Source: a bacterium UBP2_UBA5202
GTDB lineage: Bacteria; Edwardsbacteria; AC1; EtOH8
Direction: 5' to 3'
Length of the DNA: 64,000 nucleotides
Assembly: GCA_002412795.1 (NCBI GenBank)
Contig: DHVS01000029.1
Coordinates: forward strand, 195,282-259,281
Positions 17,670 through 27,116 of the stretch are shown here, one piece after another. The notes under the pieces are model-generated. The model was not told the origin of the DNA. It worked only from the letters and a program-made list of their open reading frames with translations, and made no database searches. The stretch's first letter is position 1. Each line of letters begins with the position of its first letter. Position numbers and translations under genes: made by a program.

Positions 17670-17783
17670 TTACTTCTGCTTCTTCATCGGCTTGCCGCAG
17701 CAATCCTTGGGAACCTTGGAGGTCTTGCCGCAGTCATCGCACTTGTAGTCCACTTTGCTTCCGCACCCGCAACAATTGCACAT
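17670..17783 (-). CDS. Very small Cys-rich protein (37 aa), putative metal-binding
   Basis: ATG at 17783 to TAA at 17670 reads MCNCCGCGSKVDYKCDDCGKTSKVPKDCCGKPMKKQK (9 Cys). 12 nt upstream of the DUF1858 gene, GC3-rich codons like the host. Below the ORF-track size cut-off. Confidence 0.45.
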   Translation of the reverse strand: MCNCCGCGSKVDYKCDDCGKTSKVPKDCCGKPMKKQK

Positions 17784-17899
17784 TTTAAGTCGCTCCTTGT
17801 TTATTGAGTTTTGTTTATTGGCCGTTTGTTTTCAAAGATAAGTAATTATCACTCTAAAAAGTCGATTTGTCAAGACCTTGGGCATTAATGTAGTTTTAC

Positions 17900-19930
17900 T
17901 TATTTCAATAAAATAAGTTTCTTGGTCTCCGTCAATGTCCCCGCCTGCAGCCTGTAAAAATATACGCCTCCTGCTAATTCTACTGCGTTGAAATCAGAGG
18001 AATGCAATCCGGCTGGTTTAAGACCGTTAACCAATGTAGCAACCTGCCGGCCAAGCATGTCATAAACTTTAAGGTTGACATGACCGGCGGATAACAATTG
18101 ATAGCTGATCGCTGTTTTAGACTTAAAGGGATTGGGATAGTTCTGGTTTAAGCCAAATCGCATCGGTTCAACGGTTGTTTCAGCATTATCCACGCCCATA
18201 TAAGTCGTATCAAGAGTTATGTAAGCCTTGGCAATGTTGCCCCATAGCGTATCGGAAGCCCGGACTTCGCCAACCCGGTATTTAATTGTATCAACGGTGC
18301 CGTTGGCGATACCTGTGTCAAATGTCAGCGCAGTTATGCTGTCAGTAGTGCCCACGCTGACGTTGGTCACATGCAGTACAAGATTATTACGCTTCGTTTC
18401 CACGTCGCAATCGTTAAGTAACAGCCTTGAAAGCACAAAAATTCTGTTGGATATTAGCGTATCATAAAAAGCGAATGGGGCATTATCCAAACCTTGCAAG
18501 CCGGGGTAGGTGCTGTCGGAAAGAATGGTCCAAGTTGTATTAAAGCTCCATGAGCTGAAGCTGGTGGTTTGCTTCATCGGGGCTGTGGTCAATCCAGTAA
18601 TAAAGGATACTCCGCTGTCAACCCCTACCCCAACAATCAATCCCGAAGTCTCTGTATTCCAGTAACAATCATTCAGAGTATCGCTGGTTTCATTATACCC
18701 TAAAAGACCTCCTATATAATTACCTGTACCCAACACAGCACCTGTTGAGTAGCTTTTACTCAAAATGCCAAACCTATTCATACCTATAAGTCCGCCCACA
18801 CGAGTCATACCAACTACTTGACCTGAAGCATAACTGTTATTAACATTACCATCGCTACTATTTGTACCAACAAGACCGCCAATAGCAGTATCGCCATATA
18901 TGGAACCTGTGGCATAACATGCAATAACACTACTACTGCGATTGTACCCTGCCAAACCTCCAACCTGATATGGGCCAGTAACGTTTCCTGTGGCAAAGCA
19001 TTTATTAATGCTACTGCTCCACACATTTTCACCCATCAACCCTCCCACGCTACAACTGTCGCCCATTACCGAGCCGGTGGCATAACTTCCAGCCACGGCA
19101 CCGTACCAGCTGTAACCTACAAGCCCGCCAACCCTAAAAGAGCCAGTCACAGAGCCAGTGGCATAACAACCATTTACTGAACCAGAAGAGGTGTTAAGAG
19201 TGGTTCCGACCAGACCTCCAACCTGCCATTTGCCCGTTACGGTACTTATAGAGTAAGATTCACTCACAGTGCCATTGGAGTTAAATCCGACCAAGCCACC
19301 AGCATTATCAAAAATGCACGTTACCGAACCTTCAGCGCAGCTTTTAATTATATCTCCATATTCACCATTATAACCGACCAACCCACCAACAGTTCTATAA
19401 CCAGTAACTGAACCGTTAGTGTAGCACACCATTATATTACCACCATCGTTCCAACCCACAAGACTGCCAACATCATTTTGCCCTTTGATTGAACAACCTA
19501 ACAACCCGAGACTATCTATAGTAGCATTAAAATCTAAAAATCCAAATAGACCCACATGATTAACTGTATCACGATTAATTGTTAAACTGTTAATAACATG
19601 TCCTCCGCCATGAAAGACACCGGTAAAAGGTGCACTGGGATATTTACCTATTGGCACAAACCCGCTGTCGCCATGCTCGGTGGCAGAAGGCGATGCATCA
19701 ATATCGGCAGTCAACCGGTATACGCCGTTTAGAGAATAGGTTAACGAATCAGTACCTACCACTTTCAAGTCTTCATAATCGGCTATCAGAAAAGGATCGC
19801 CTTCCGTCCCGCTGCCGCTGGGGGTACCGCCTGTGGCATAGGCCAGGCTCTGCGGTAGAAACACCAGCATAATCGCCTGCAAGCCAAACCAGGCAAAACG
19901 CTTTGCTGACTTGGTAAGTTTTGTCTTCAT
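17900..19930 (-). CDS. Secreted GLUG-motif repeat protein with T9SS-type C-terminal sorting domain
   Basis: 676 aa. Signal peptide. At least 9 repeats of [VI]GGL[VIAL]G[YFTM]N. C-terminus NQNYPNPFKSKTAISYQL...LKVYDMLGRQVATLVNG...GVYFYRLQAG...KKLILLK. Confidence 0.82.
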   Translation of the reverse strand: MKTKLTKSAKRFAWFGLQAIMLVFLPQSLAYATGGTPSGSGTEGDPFLIADYEDLKVVGTDSLTYSLNGVYRLTADIDASPSATEHGDSGFVPIGKYPSAPFTGVFHGGGHVINSLTINRDTVNHVGLFGFLDFNATIDSLGLLGCSIKGQNDVGSLVGWNDGGNIMVCYTNGSVTGYRTVGGLVGYNGEYGDIIKSCAEGSVTCIFDNAGGLVGFNSNGTVSESYSISTVTGKWQVGGLVGTTLNTSSGSVNGCYATGSVTGSFRVGGLVGYSWYGAVAGSYATGSVMGDSCSVGGLMGENVWSSSINKCFATGNVTGPYQVGGLAGYNRSSSVIACYATGSIYGDTAIGGLVGTNSSDGNVNNSYASGQVVGMTRVGGLIGMNRFGILSKSYSTGAVLGTGNYIGGLLGYNETSDTLNDCYWNTETSGLIVGVGVDSGVSFITGLTTAPMKQTTSFSSWSFNTTWTILSDSTYPGLQGLDNAPFAFYDTLISNRIFVLSRLLLNDCDVETKRNNLVLHVTNVSVGTTDSITALTFDTGIANGTVDTIKYRVGEVRASDTLWGNIAKAYITLDTTYMGVDNAETTVEPMRFGLNQNYPNPFKSKTAISYQLLSAGHVNLKVYDMLGRQVATLVNGLKPAGLHSSDFNAVELAGGVYFYRLQAGTLTETKKLILLK

Positions 19931-20014
19931 TCAACTGTCCTTTTTGTTATTTTGAATTAAACTTTAACTTTGATTCAGCACCTATACCCTGTAATCTGTC
20001 CCCTGTACCCTGCG

Positions 20015-21487
20015 TTAAGCTACCACCCTTATCTTCCCCGGCTGCCCGGCCTCCGGCCCCACCAGGATGGCTCCGATCTTCTTCATGTCCCTTAAATACT
20101 CCACCGCCTCTTTGGTGATCCGTTCGCCCGGCACTATCACCGGGATGCCCGGAGGATAGACGGTAAAGAACTCGGTTGAGATCTCGCCCACCGAATCCTT
20201 TAAGGGTATGGTCTTGTAACCGGCAAAGAAGGCTTCCCTCGGGGTCAGCGACATGGCGGGATAGTTGGACGGGAACTGGATGTCCAGCTTCTTCAGCCGG
20301 GTGTTGGGCTGGCAGGAGCCGGCCAGCGCCTTCAGCGCCGCCAGCAGTTTGCCGGCCTCGGCCGGTCCGTCGGCCAAAGTGAAGATGAAGGCCACGTGGT
20401 CCCAGTCGGCCATCTCGGCCTGGATGTTGTATTTCTCATTAAGTATCTGGCTGGCCTGGTATCCGGTCAGGCCCAGCTTGTCCACGAACACGATCAGCTT
20501 GGAAGGATCTAGCTTGAACGGCTTGACGTCCTCGGGATTCAGGCAGTACAGGCCCTTGACGGCGTTGATGTCCTTCTTCAGTTTGACCGAGATCTTGATG
20601 GATTTTTCCAGCAGTTCCCGGCCGTGCAGGGCCATCTGCCTCCGGGCCAGGTCCAGCGAGGCCATCAGCAGATAGGACGGGCTGGTGCTCTGGGTCAGCA
20701 AAAGAACCTCCTCCAGGTCCCGGGTGTCTATGTTGGGCCCCTTGACGTGCAGCATGGAGGCCTGGGTCAGGCCGGAGATCAGCTTGTGAGTGCTCTCCAC
20801 GCAGATGTCAGCCCCGGCCTCCATGGCCGAGGTGGGCAAACTTGGATGGAACAGAAAATGGGGGCCGTGGGCCTGGTCCACCATCACCACCCGGTCGTTG
20901 AGATGGGCCAGTTTGACAATTTTCTCCAGGTCGCAGCAGATGCCGTGGTAGGTGGGCGAAGAGACGAACACCGCCCGGGCTCCGGGATTTTTATCCAACG
21001 ATCTCTCCACCGTTTCCGGGGAAACATTCAGGATCAGCCCCCACTCTTTATTTATCTCGGGGTGGATGTAAACCGGCAGGGCCCCGGACATTATCAGCCC
21101 GGCGATCACCGACTTGTGGGTGTGCCGGGGAACTATGATCTTGTCGCCGGGAAACAGCACGCCCATCAGCATGGCCAGGTTGCCGCCGGTGGAGCCGTTG
21201 ACCAGAAAATAGCTGTGGTCAGCCTGGTAGGCCTTGGCGGCCAGGGCCTGGGCTGCTTTTAGGACGCCGGTGGGATGGAACAGGCAGTCGGTCTCCGGCA
21301 GGACGGTCAGGTCCATCCGGAAGATGTTGTCGCCCACCAGCTGTCGCCAGGCCGGGTCTATGCCCCTGCCCTGCTTGTGGCCGGGGGTGTGAAAGGCCGC
21401 CTTGGGCTGTTTGACGTAGTCGGCCAGGGCCTCGAACAGCGGGGCCCGGCTCTGGGGGGAGCGGTTGGGAGAAGTTCTATGCTTCAT
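20015..21487 (-). CDS. speA: PLP-dependent Orn/Lys/Arg decarboxylase (biosynthetic arginine decarboxylase-like)
   Basis: 490 aa. FHTPGHKQGRG N-terminal motif, PLP-lysine context ESTHKLISGLTQASMLHV. Adjacent to speE. Confidence 0.8.
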   Translation of the reverse strand: MKHRTSPNRSPQSRAPLFEALADYVKQPKAAFHTPGHKQGRGIDPAWRQLVGDNIFRMDLTVLPETDCLFHPTGVLKAAQALAAKAYQADHSYFLVNGSTGGNLAMLMGVLFPGDKIIVPRHTHKSVIAGLIMSGALPVYIHPEINKEWGLILNVSPETVERSLDKNPGARAVFVSSPTYHGICCDLEKIVKLAHLNDRVVMVDQAHGPHFLFHPSLPTSAMEAGADICVESTHKLISGLTQASMLHVKGPNIDTRDLEEVLLLTQSTSPSYLLMASLDLARRQMALHGRELLEKSIKISVKLKKDINAVKGLYCLNPEDVKPFKLDPSKLIVFVDKLGLTGYQASQILNEKYNIQAEMADWDHVAFIFTLADGPAEAGKLLAALKALAGSCQPNTRLKKLDIQFPSNYPAMSLTPREAFFAGYKTIPLKDSVGEISTEFFTVYPPGIPVIVPGERITKEAVEYLRDMKKIGAILVGPEAGQPGKIRVVA

Positions 21488-21597
21488 GTTTTTAGTTTTT
21501 TATTTTTGCCACAAAGACACAAAGGCACCAAGGGTTTTTATATATACAGGTAATTGAATTTGTGTCTTAGTGTCTTGGTGGCAGAAGTTCACTGGTC

Positions 21598-22509
21598 TCA
21601 GGCGAACTTAGCCGTCATCAGTTTCTGGTCCGTGATCACCCGCTGTTGTTTCTCAAAGTCCCGGCGCAGGAACTTGGGCAGGCAGAACATCCCCAGGTGG
21701 GTGATGCCGTCGTAGAACTCCAGTTTCTTCAGGCCCCGCTTCCGGATCAGGTGGTCTATCTGGGCCGGGGAATAGGTCAGCGGGTCGTAGGTCTTGGAGC
21801 CCATGATGAAGCCCCAGGGCAGGCCGAACGAGGGGATGATCACCTGGTAGATGTTGACCACCGGGAAGGCACAGGCGATGGTCTTGGCGATGGAGGTCAG
21901 CATATCCGTGTCGTGGACCCTGGTGGTGCCGGCCTGGAGGGTGATGATGCCGTGCTCGGTCAGCCGGCTGTGAAGCAGCTGGTAGAACTCCCTGGTATAC
22001 AGCTTGAAGGACGGCCCGCCCTCGATGGGCTCGGTCAGGTCTATGATGATGACATCGAACTTCTCTTTTGACTTCTCCAGATAGGTCCGGGCGTCCATGT
22101 ACAGGACCTTGGAACGCTTGTCGGTGAAGGCCCCGCCGGCCCACTCCGGCAGTTCCTTGCGGCAGAAATCCACCAGCTGCTTGTCGATGTCCACCATCAC
22201 CGCCTGTTTAACGCTCTTGTGCTTAAGGATGTCGCGCAGGGTCTCGCCCTCCCCCCCGCCCACGATCATCACCTTTTTGGGATCGGGATGCAGCAGCAGC
22301 GGCGGGTGCACCAGGGCCTCGTGGTAGATGAAGGAATCCTTTTCCGAGCTCTGCATCCGCTCGTCCAGGAACAGGCAACGCCCGTAGTTGCTGGTGTCCA
22401 CGATGTCTATCTTCTGGTATTTGGTCTGGGTGCTGACCACGGTCTTTTTGACCCCGTGCAGGTGGATCTCGTCCATCCAGTGTTCCAGGTAGTAGTTGCT
22501 GGCGGGCAT
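21598..22509 (-). CDS. speE: Spermidine synthase (polyamine aminopropyltransferase)
   Basis: QKIDIVDT..GRCLFLDERMQSSEKDSFIYHEALVHP, VGGGEGETLRDILKH, DVIIIDLTEP motifs. The likely start MPASNYYLEHW is at 22509; the ORF-track start 22596 is an extension. Confidence 0.9.
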   Translation of the reverse strand: MPASNYYLEHWMDEIHLHGVKKTVVSTQTKYQKIDIVDTSNYGRCLFLDERMQSSEKDSFIYHEALVHPPLLLHPDPKKVMIVGGGEGETLRDILKHKSVKQAVMVDIDKQLVDFCRKELPEWAGGAFTDKRSKVLYMDARTYLEKSKEKFDVIIIDLTEPIEGGPSFKLYTREFYQLLHSRLTEHGIITLQAGTTRVHDTDMLTSIAKTIACAFPVVNIYQVIIPSFGLPWGFIMGSKTYDPLTYSPAQIDHLIRKRGLKKLEFYDGITHLGMFCLPKFLRRDFEKQQRVITDQKLMTAKFA

Positions 22510-22618
22510 GTTGGAATTCTCCGGTGGTTTGTATTTGGATTGTTGTAACAGAATATGTTTGAGGGTTAATGATACTATATATTGGGAAAAAATCAATGAT
22601 TATTTTATCGGTTAGGCC

Positions 22619-22700
22619 GGACCTCTCCCCTGCCCCTCCCCTGGGATGGGAGGGGAACAAGCCTCCCATCCTGCCAGGAGGGGGATTGAGGGGGCGGTCG
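22619..22700 (+). repeat. Double-hairpin element ending in GGGGGCGGTCG (copy 2 of 3)
   Basis: GGACCTCTCCCCTGCCCCTCCCC-TGGGAT-GGGAGGGG...CCTCCC..GGAGGGGG-ATTGAGGGGGCGGTCG. Confidence 0.8.
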
Positions 22701-22766
22701 TCCCTTGACATTTGCCCCAAATGCTAATATAATTAAAGGTTGCCTTTTTCCTTTGCCGGGTCACTG

Positions 22767-22850
22767 AACTCAACCCCTTGAACCCCTTCTCTTCCCAAGA
22801 GAAGGGGACGGCCTGTCCGCCGTTGCAACGGCGCAGGCTGGGGATGAGTT
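22767..22850. repeat. 84-nt MITE-like element with 11-nt terminal inverted repeats
   Basis: AACTCAACCCC (22767-22777) versus GGGGATGAGTT (22840-22850) match in 10/11 positions as an inverted repeat. Internal hairpins CCCCTTCTCTT-CCCA-AGAGAAGGGG and GCCTGTCCGCCGTTGCAACGGCGCAGGC. Confidence 0.6.
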
Positions 22851-22897
22851 AAATATTCTGTAAAATCATCAATCATTCTTGTCAGGATACCAATCAC

Positions 22898-25714
22898 ATG
22901 ATGGACAAACTGACCATCCGGGGGGCCCGGGAGCACAACCTCAAGAACATAGACCTGGAGATCCCCCGGGACCGGCTGGTGGTGATCACCGGGCTGTCCG
23001 GCTCGGGCAAATCCTCCCTGGCCTTCGACACCATTTACGCCGAGGGCCAGCGCCGCTACGTGGAGTCGCTGTCGGCCTACGCCCGCCAGTTCCTGGGTTT
23101 GATGGAGAAGCCCGACGTGGACTTCATCGACGGGCTTTCCCCGGCCATTGCCATTGAACAGCGGGCGGCCAGCAAGAACCCCCGCTCCACCGTGGGCACC
23201 GTCACCGAGATCCACGACTACCTAAGACTGCTGTTCGCCCGGATCGGCCGCCCCCACTGCCCCAAGTGCGGCCAGCCCATCTCGTCCCAGACCGTCCAGC
23301 AGATCACCGACGCCATTCTGGAACAGCCCGAGGGCACCAAGCTGGCCATCCTGGCCCCGCTGATCCAGAGCCGCAAGGGCGAGTACCGGGAGCTTTTCGA
23401 CAAACTGCGGCGCGAAGGATTTGTGCGGGTGCGGATAGACAAGAAGCTGTACGACATCGACGCTTTACCAGTTTTGGACAAGAACAAGAAGCACGCCATA
23501 GACGCGGTGGTGGACCGGATGACCATCGGGCCCAGGGCCCAGAAGCGGATCGCCGATTCGCTGGAAGTGGCGCTGAAGCTTTCGGAAGGTTTGGTGGCGG
23601 CCATATACAACGACCAGCAGGAAGTGCTCTACAGCGAAAAACTCTCCTGCACCAAGTGCCATATCTCGCTGGGCGAGCTTTCGCCCAGGATGTTCTCCTT
23701 TAACAGCCCCTTTGGGGCCTGCCCGGCCTGCTCCGGGCTGGGCACCAAGATGGAGATAGACCCCGAGGCCCTGGTCCACAACCCGGAGCTGACCGTCAAC
23801 CAGGGGGCCATCTCCCACTACGGCGACCCCATGGGCCACTGGATCGGCAGCCACCTGGAGGCGGTGGCCAAGGCCTACAGCTTTTCGCTGGACGAGCCCT
23901 GGGAAAAGATGTCCCAGAAGAACCGGGACATCCTGCTCTACGGAACGGACAAGGAGGTCAAGGTCCGCTACCAATCGGCCTCAAATGACAACGTCTACCA
24001 GTACCACAAAAAGTTCGAGGGCATCATCCCCATGATGATGCGCCGCTACCATCAGACCGATTCCGACTACGTCCGCTACGAGGTGGAAAAGTTCATGTCC
24101 ATCCTGCCCTGCCCGGTCTGTCTGGGGGCGCGATTGAAGCCGGAATCGCTGGCGGTGAAGGTGGCCGGCAGGTCCATCAACGAGCTGTCAAAACTGTCGG
24201 TGAAGAATTCCCGGCTGTTCTTCGGCTCCGAGCTGAAGCTGAGCGAAAAGGAAAAGACCATCGCCAAGCAGGTGCTTAAGGAGATCAACTCCCGCCTGGG
24301 CTTTTTAACCGACGTGGGGCTGGACTACCTGTCATTGGACCGGCACTCGGAATCGCTGTCCGGGGGCGAGGCCCAGCGCATCCACCTGGCAACGCAGATC
24401 GGCGCTTCCCTGACCGGGGTGCTCTACGTGCTGGACGAGCCCTCCATCGGCCTGCACCAGCGGGACAACGTGAAACTGCTGAACACCCTGGTAAAACTGC
24501 GGAACATCGGCAACACCGTGATAGTGGTGGAGCACGACCAGGAGACCATGCTGGCCGCCGATTTCATAGTGGACCTGGGCCCGGGGGCCGGGGCCGGGGG
24601 CGGCGAGATCGTGGCGATGGGGACGCCCAAGAAGGTGATGCAGACCAAAACCTCTTTGACCGGGCAGTACCTGGCCGGAACCAGGAAGATCCCGGTGCCC
24701 AAGAAGCGCCGTCCCGGGAACAAGCTCAGCCTGAAGCTTTTGGGCTGCCGGGAGAATAATCTAAAAGATCTGGACGTGGAGTTCCCTCTGGCAAAACTGA
24801 TCGGCATCACCGGGGTCTCCGGCTCCGGCAAAAGCACGCTTATCAACGACACCCTGTACCAGGCCCTGGCCCAAAAGCTTTACCGCTCCCGCACCCAGCC
24901 GGGCAAGCATAAAAAAATGGAAGGCTGGGAGAACCTGGACAAGGTGATCAACATAGACCAGTCGCCCATCGGGCGCACCCCCCGCTCCAACCCCGCCACC
25001 TACACCGGGCTGTTCACCACCCTGCGCGAGCTTTTTGCCCTGACCCAGGAGTCCAAACTGCGGGGCTACGCCAACGGAAGGTTCTCCTTCAACGTCAAGG
25101 GCGGGCGCTGCGAGGCCTGCGAGGGCGACGGGATCGTGAAGATAGAGATGCACTTCCTGCCGGATGTCTACGTCCCCTGCGAGGTCTGCAAGGGCCAGCG
25201 CTACAACCGGGAGACGCTGGAGGTGACCTACAAGGGCAAGAACATAGCCGAGATCCTGAGGATGACCGTGGCCGAGGCCCAGGGGTTCTTTGCCAACATC
25301 CCCAAGGTGGCCCGCAAGCTGACCACTTTGGCCGACGTGGGCCTGGGGTACATCCAGCTGGGACAGTCGGCCACCACCCTGTCCGGCGGCGAGGCCCAAA
25401 GGGTTAAGCTCTCGGCCGAGCTGTCCAAGATAGCCACCGGCAAGACCCTGTACATCCTGGACGAGCCCACCACCGGCCTGCACTTTGAGGATGTCAAGAT
25501 GCTGCTGGCGGTGCTGCACCGTCTGGCCGACCTGGGCAACACCGTGATAGTGATCGAGCACAACCTGGACGTGGTTAAGTCATGCGACTGGATTATTGAC
25601 CTTGGCCCCGAGGGCGGCGACGAAGGCGGGTTCGTTTTGGCCTGCGGCACCCCGGAACAGGTGGCGGCCAACAAGGCGTCTTATACCGGGCAGTATTTGA
25701 AGAAGGAACTGTGA
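22898..25714 (+). CDS. uvrA: Excinuclease ABC subunit A
   Basis: 938 aa. [34 protein letters not shown], zinc modules ([27 protein letters not shown]), two ABC signature/Walker B sets. Only convincing + strand gene in the window. Confidence 0.97.
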   Translation: MMDKLTIRGAREHNLKNIDLEIPRDRLVVITGLSGSGKSSLAFDTIYAEGQRRYVESLSAYARQFLGLMEKPDVDFIDGLSPAIAIEQRAASKNPRSTVGTVTEIHDYLRLLFARIGRPHCPKCGQPISSQTVQQITDAILEQPEGTKLAILAPLIQSRKGEYRELFDKLRREGFVRVRIDKKLYDIDALPVLDKNKKHAIDAVVDRMTIGPRAQKRIADSLEVALKLSEGLVAAIYNDQQEVLYSEKLSCTKCHISLGELSPRMFSFNSPFGACPACSGLGTKMEIDPEALVHNPELTVNQGAISHYGDPMGHWIGSHLEAVAKAYSFSLDEPWEKMSQKNRDILLYGTDKEVKVRYQSASNDNVYQYHKKFEGIIPMMMRRYHQTDSDYVRYEVEKFMSILPCPVCLGARLKPESLAVKVAGRSINELSKLSVKNSRLFFGSELKLSEKEKTIAKQVLKEINSRLGFLTDVGLDYLSLDRHSESLSGGEAQRIHLATQIGASLTGVLYVLDEPSIGLHQRDNVKLLNTLVKLRNIGNTVIVVEHDQETMLAADFIVDLGPGAGAGGGEIVAMGTPKKVMQTKTSLTGQYLAGTRKIPVPKKRRPGNKLSLKLLGCRENNLKDLDVEFPLAKLIGITGVSGSGKSTLINDTLYQALAQKLYRSRTQPGKHKKMEGWENLDKVINIDQSPIGRTPRSNPATYTGLFTTLRELFALTQESKLRGYANGRFSFNVKGGRCEACEGDGIVKIEMHFLPDVYVPCEVCKGQRYNRETLEVTYKGKNIAEILRMTVAEAQGFFANIPKVARKLTTLADVGLGYIQLGQSATTLSGGEAQRVKLSAELSKIATGKTLYILDEPTTGLHFEDVKMLLAVLHRLADLGNTVIVIEHNLDVVKSCDWIIDLGPEGGDEGGFVLACGTPEQVAANKASYTGQYLKKEL

Positions 25715-25866
25715 CCGGTGGTGGTTTCGATACACCCCGCCGGTGGCTGAGTGACCGGCATTTAGATTAAATGCCGGTTGTATCGAAGCCCGGCGGGGCA
25801 CTCAACCACCACCAAACGGTCAAACGTTAAAGGGGCGGGTCAATGCAATTGACCCGCCCCGTTCTT

Positions 25867-25950
25867 GACCTCTCCCCAACCCCTCTCCAATGTGGAGAGG
25901 GGCCTTTTGCTTCCCCCTCCGCTACGGAGGGGGAACGAGGGGGCGGTCGG
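25867..25950 (+). repeat. Double-hairpin element ending in GGGGGCGGTCG (copy 3 of 3)
   Basis: GACCTCTCCCCAACCCCTCTCC-AATGT-GGAGAGGGG...CCCCCTCC-GCTAC-GGAGGGGG-AACGAGGGGGCGGTCGG. Abuts the stop codon of the P-loop gene at 25951. Confidence 0.8.
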
Positions 25951-26394
25951 TCACCCCGCCAGCCTTTCTATCTCCCTCACCACTTCCTCCACCGGCTTAA
26001 GACTGGTATCTATCACCAGGTCGCAGGGCACGTCCTGCCACATGGCCTCCTGGTCCTGTATCATCTTGGATATCTGAGGCGTGACCTCGGTGGAGCGCCC
26101 GGCAAACCGGGATTCCAGCACCTTTTGGGGCGCGGTGAACCGGACCAGGCTGAACTTGCCCATGGCTTTGAACTTCTCCAGGTTGCTGGTGCCCACCAGG
26201 ATCAGGATGACGTTCCGCTTGCCGGCCACCGCCTCTTTAAGGACGGCCTGGAACTTCCTCCAGGCCTCGGCCGGGCTTTTGGCCATGCGGTAATAGCCCT
26301 TGCCGGAATAGACCTCGGCCTTGAGCTTGTCCTTTAACAGGGCCGCGGCGCTGGATTTGCCCGAGCCCGATGGCCCGGCGAACAACAGCAGCAT
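25951..26394 (-). CDS. Small P-loop NTPase, nucleotide-kinase-like
   Basis: 147 aa. Walker [12 protein letters not shown] at the N-terminus. No further specific motifs recognised. Confidence 0.55.
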   Translation of the reverse strand: MLLLFAGPSGSGKSSAAALLKDKLKAEVYSGKGYYRMAKSPAEAWRKFQAVLKEAVAGKRNVILILVGTSNLEKFKAMGKFSLVRFTAPQKVLESRFAGRSTEVTPQISKMIQDQEAMWQDVPCDLVIDTSLKPVEEVVREIERLAG

Positions 26395-26832
26395 TGCTTA
26401 CCCCTTTTCTTTATTAATGTCTCTCTAAATTTCTCAGTAAAAGAATAAAGCAGGTTCGGTAATAACTCCGATATTATCTCAATTATGTTCTTTTCTTTTT
26501 GTGCCGCCAACAAGAAAAGAACCAAAAGAAAAAGCTCGTCGCTAAAAACTCTCCGGGCGTTGTGCTTCTCGTTGATGACGGGCTTGTCTGAACTCGGGCT
26601 TTGTCCAGCCCTCAAACATGCAGACAAGCTTTTTCCGCCATCAACTGCGATGCTCACTGATCGTTTTAACGCGACTTACCGAGGTTGGCACCTGAAGTGC
26701 AATACCGAAGCGATCGCTAAGAATATTAATATCCCCTTGGCGTGCTTTGCGGCTTCGCGGTTTGAATATTTATGGTCCTTGGATAAATATACAGCTTTTG
26801 CTATGGGTTGTCAATGGTATATAGGGGAATAA

Positions 26833-26856
26833 AAAAAGCCGCCCAATCGGGCGGCT
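26833..26856 (-). terminator. Intrinsic terminator (bidirectional shape) after the 83-aa gene
   Basis: AGCCGCCC-GATT-GGGCGGCT followed by TTTTTTT on the minus strand (TTTT on the plus strand). Confidence 0.75.
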
Positions 26857-26864
26857 TTTGGTCT

Positions 26865-27116
26865 TTAGGCGTTGGGTAACTGGGGTGGTTTATAAACCTT
26901 GGATGCGCCGGGATCAAGGGCGATAATGGCCGATTCGGCCATCGCCAGGGTGTCGTAGGCTCCAAAGACATTGGCCATGGCAAAGTCGTTGACGTCCTTT
27001 TCCGAGGAATAATACCAGACGCCGGTCTCCTGCTTGGCTACGGACTGCTGATAAGCCTGGTCGGATGACGGATGTACCACGTATTTGGGTCCTGCCTCAC
27101 GAATGCAAATGTACAT
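26865..27116 (-). CDS. Hypothetical 83-aa protein, paralog of 45539..45796
   Basis: MYICIREAGPKYVVHP..GVWYYSS..NVFGAYDTLAMAESAI aligns with (T)YLCIREVGTEYLLQP..NVWYFITS..NVFGSFGSYRDLQSAFSAM. Strong SD AAGGAGGTGA 6 nt upstream. Confidence 0.65.
   Translation of the reverse strand: MYICIREAGPKYVVHPSSDQAYQQSVAKQETGVWYYSSEKDVNDFAMANVFGAYDTLAMAESAIIALDPGASKVYKPPQLPNA

Noticed and set aside
21488-21597. Short GCCACAAAGACACAAAGGCACCAAGG / GCCACCAAGACACTAAGACAC-type inverted repeats (also near 55290-55330 and 58885-58965) as specific regulatory sites
   Set aside because: They appear to be another dispersed low-complexity intergenic repeat family. With only three loose copies in the window, I cannot assign a function or a consensus with confidence.
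22733-23215. Minus-strand ORF overlapping the uvrA start and the repeat elements
   Set aside because: It runs antisense to uvrA and through REP/MITE-like repeats, and its translation is low-complexity G/A/P/H-rich.
26685-26702. Sigma-54 type promoter TGGCAC-CTGAA-GTGCA on the + strand, possibly driving a ~140-nt RNA ending at the 26833-26856 hairpin
   Set aside because: - Spacing is right, but roughly 0.5 such matches are expected by chance in 128 kb of two-strand sequence.
- There is no plus-strand gene downstream.
- The hairpin has only four U on this strand.
- Kept as a low-priority idea, testable by RNA-seq.
26334-26832. ORFs 26334..26657 (-) and 26485..26832 (+) in the left junction of the accessory region
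   Set aside because: They are mutually overlapping, lack SD sequences, and have low-complexity translations. The first overlaps the start of the P-loop gene. The region looks like non-coding junction DNA.
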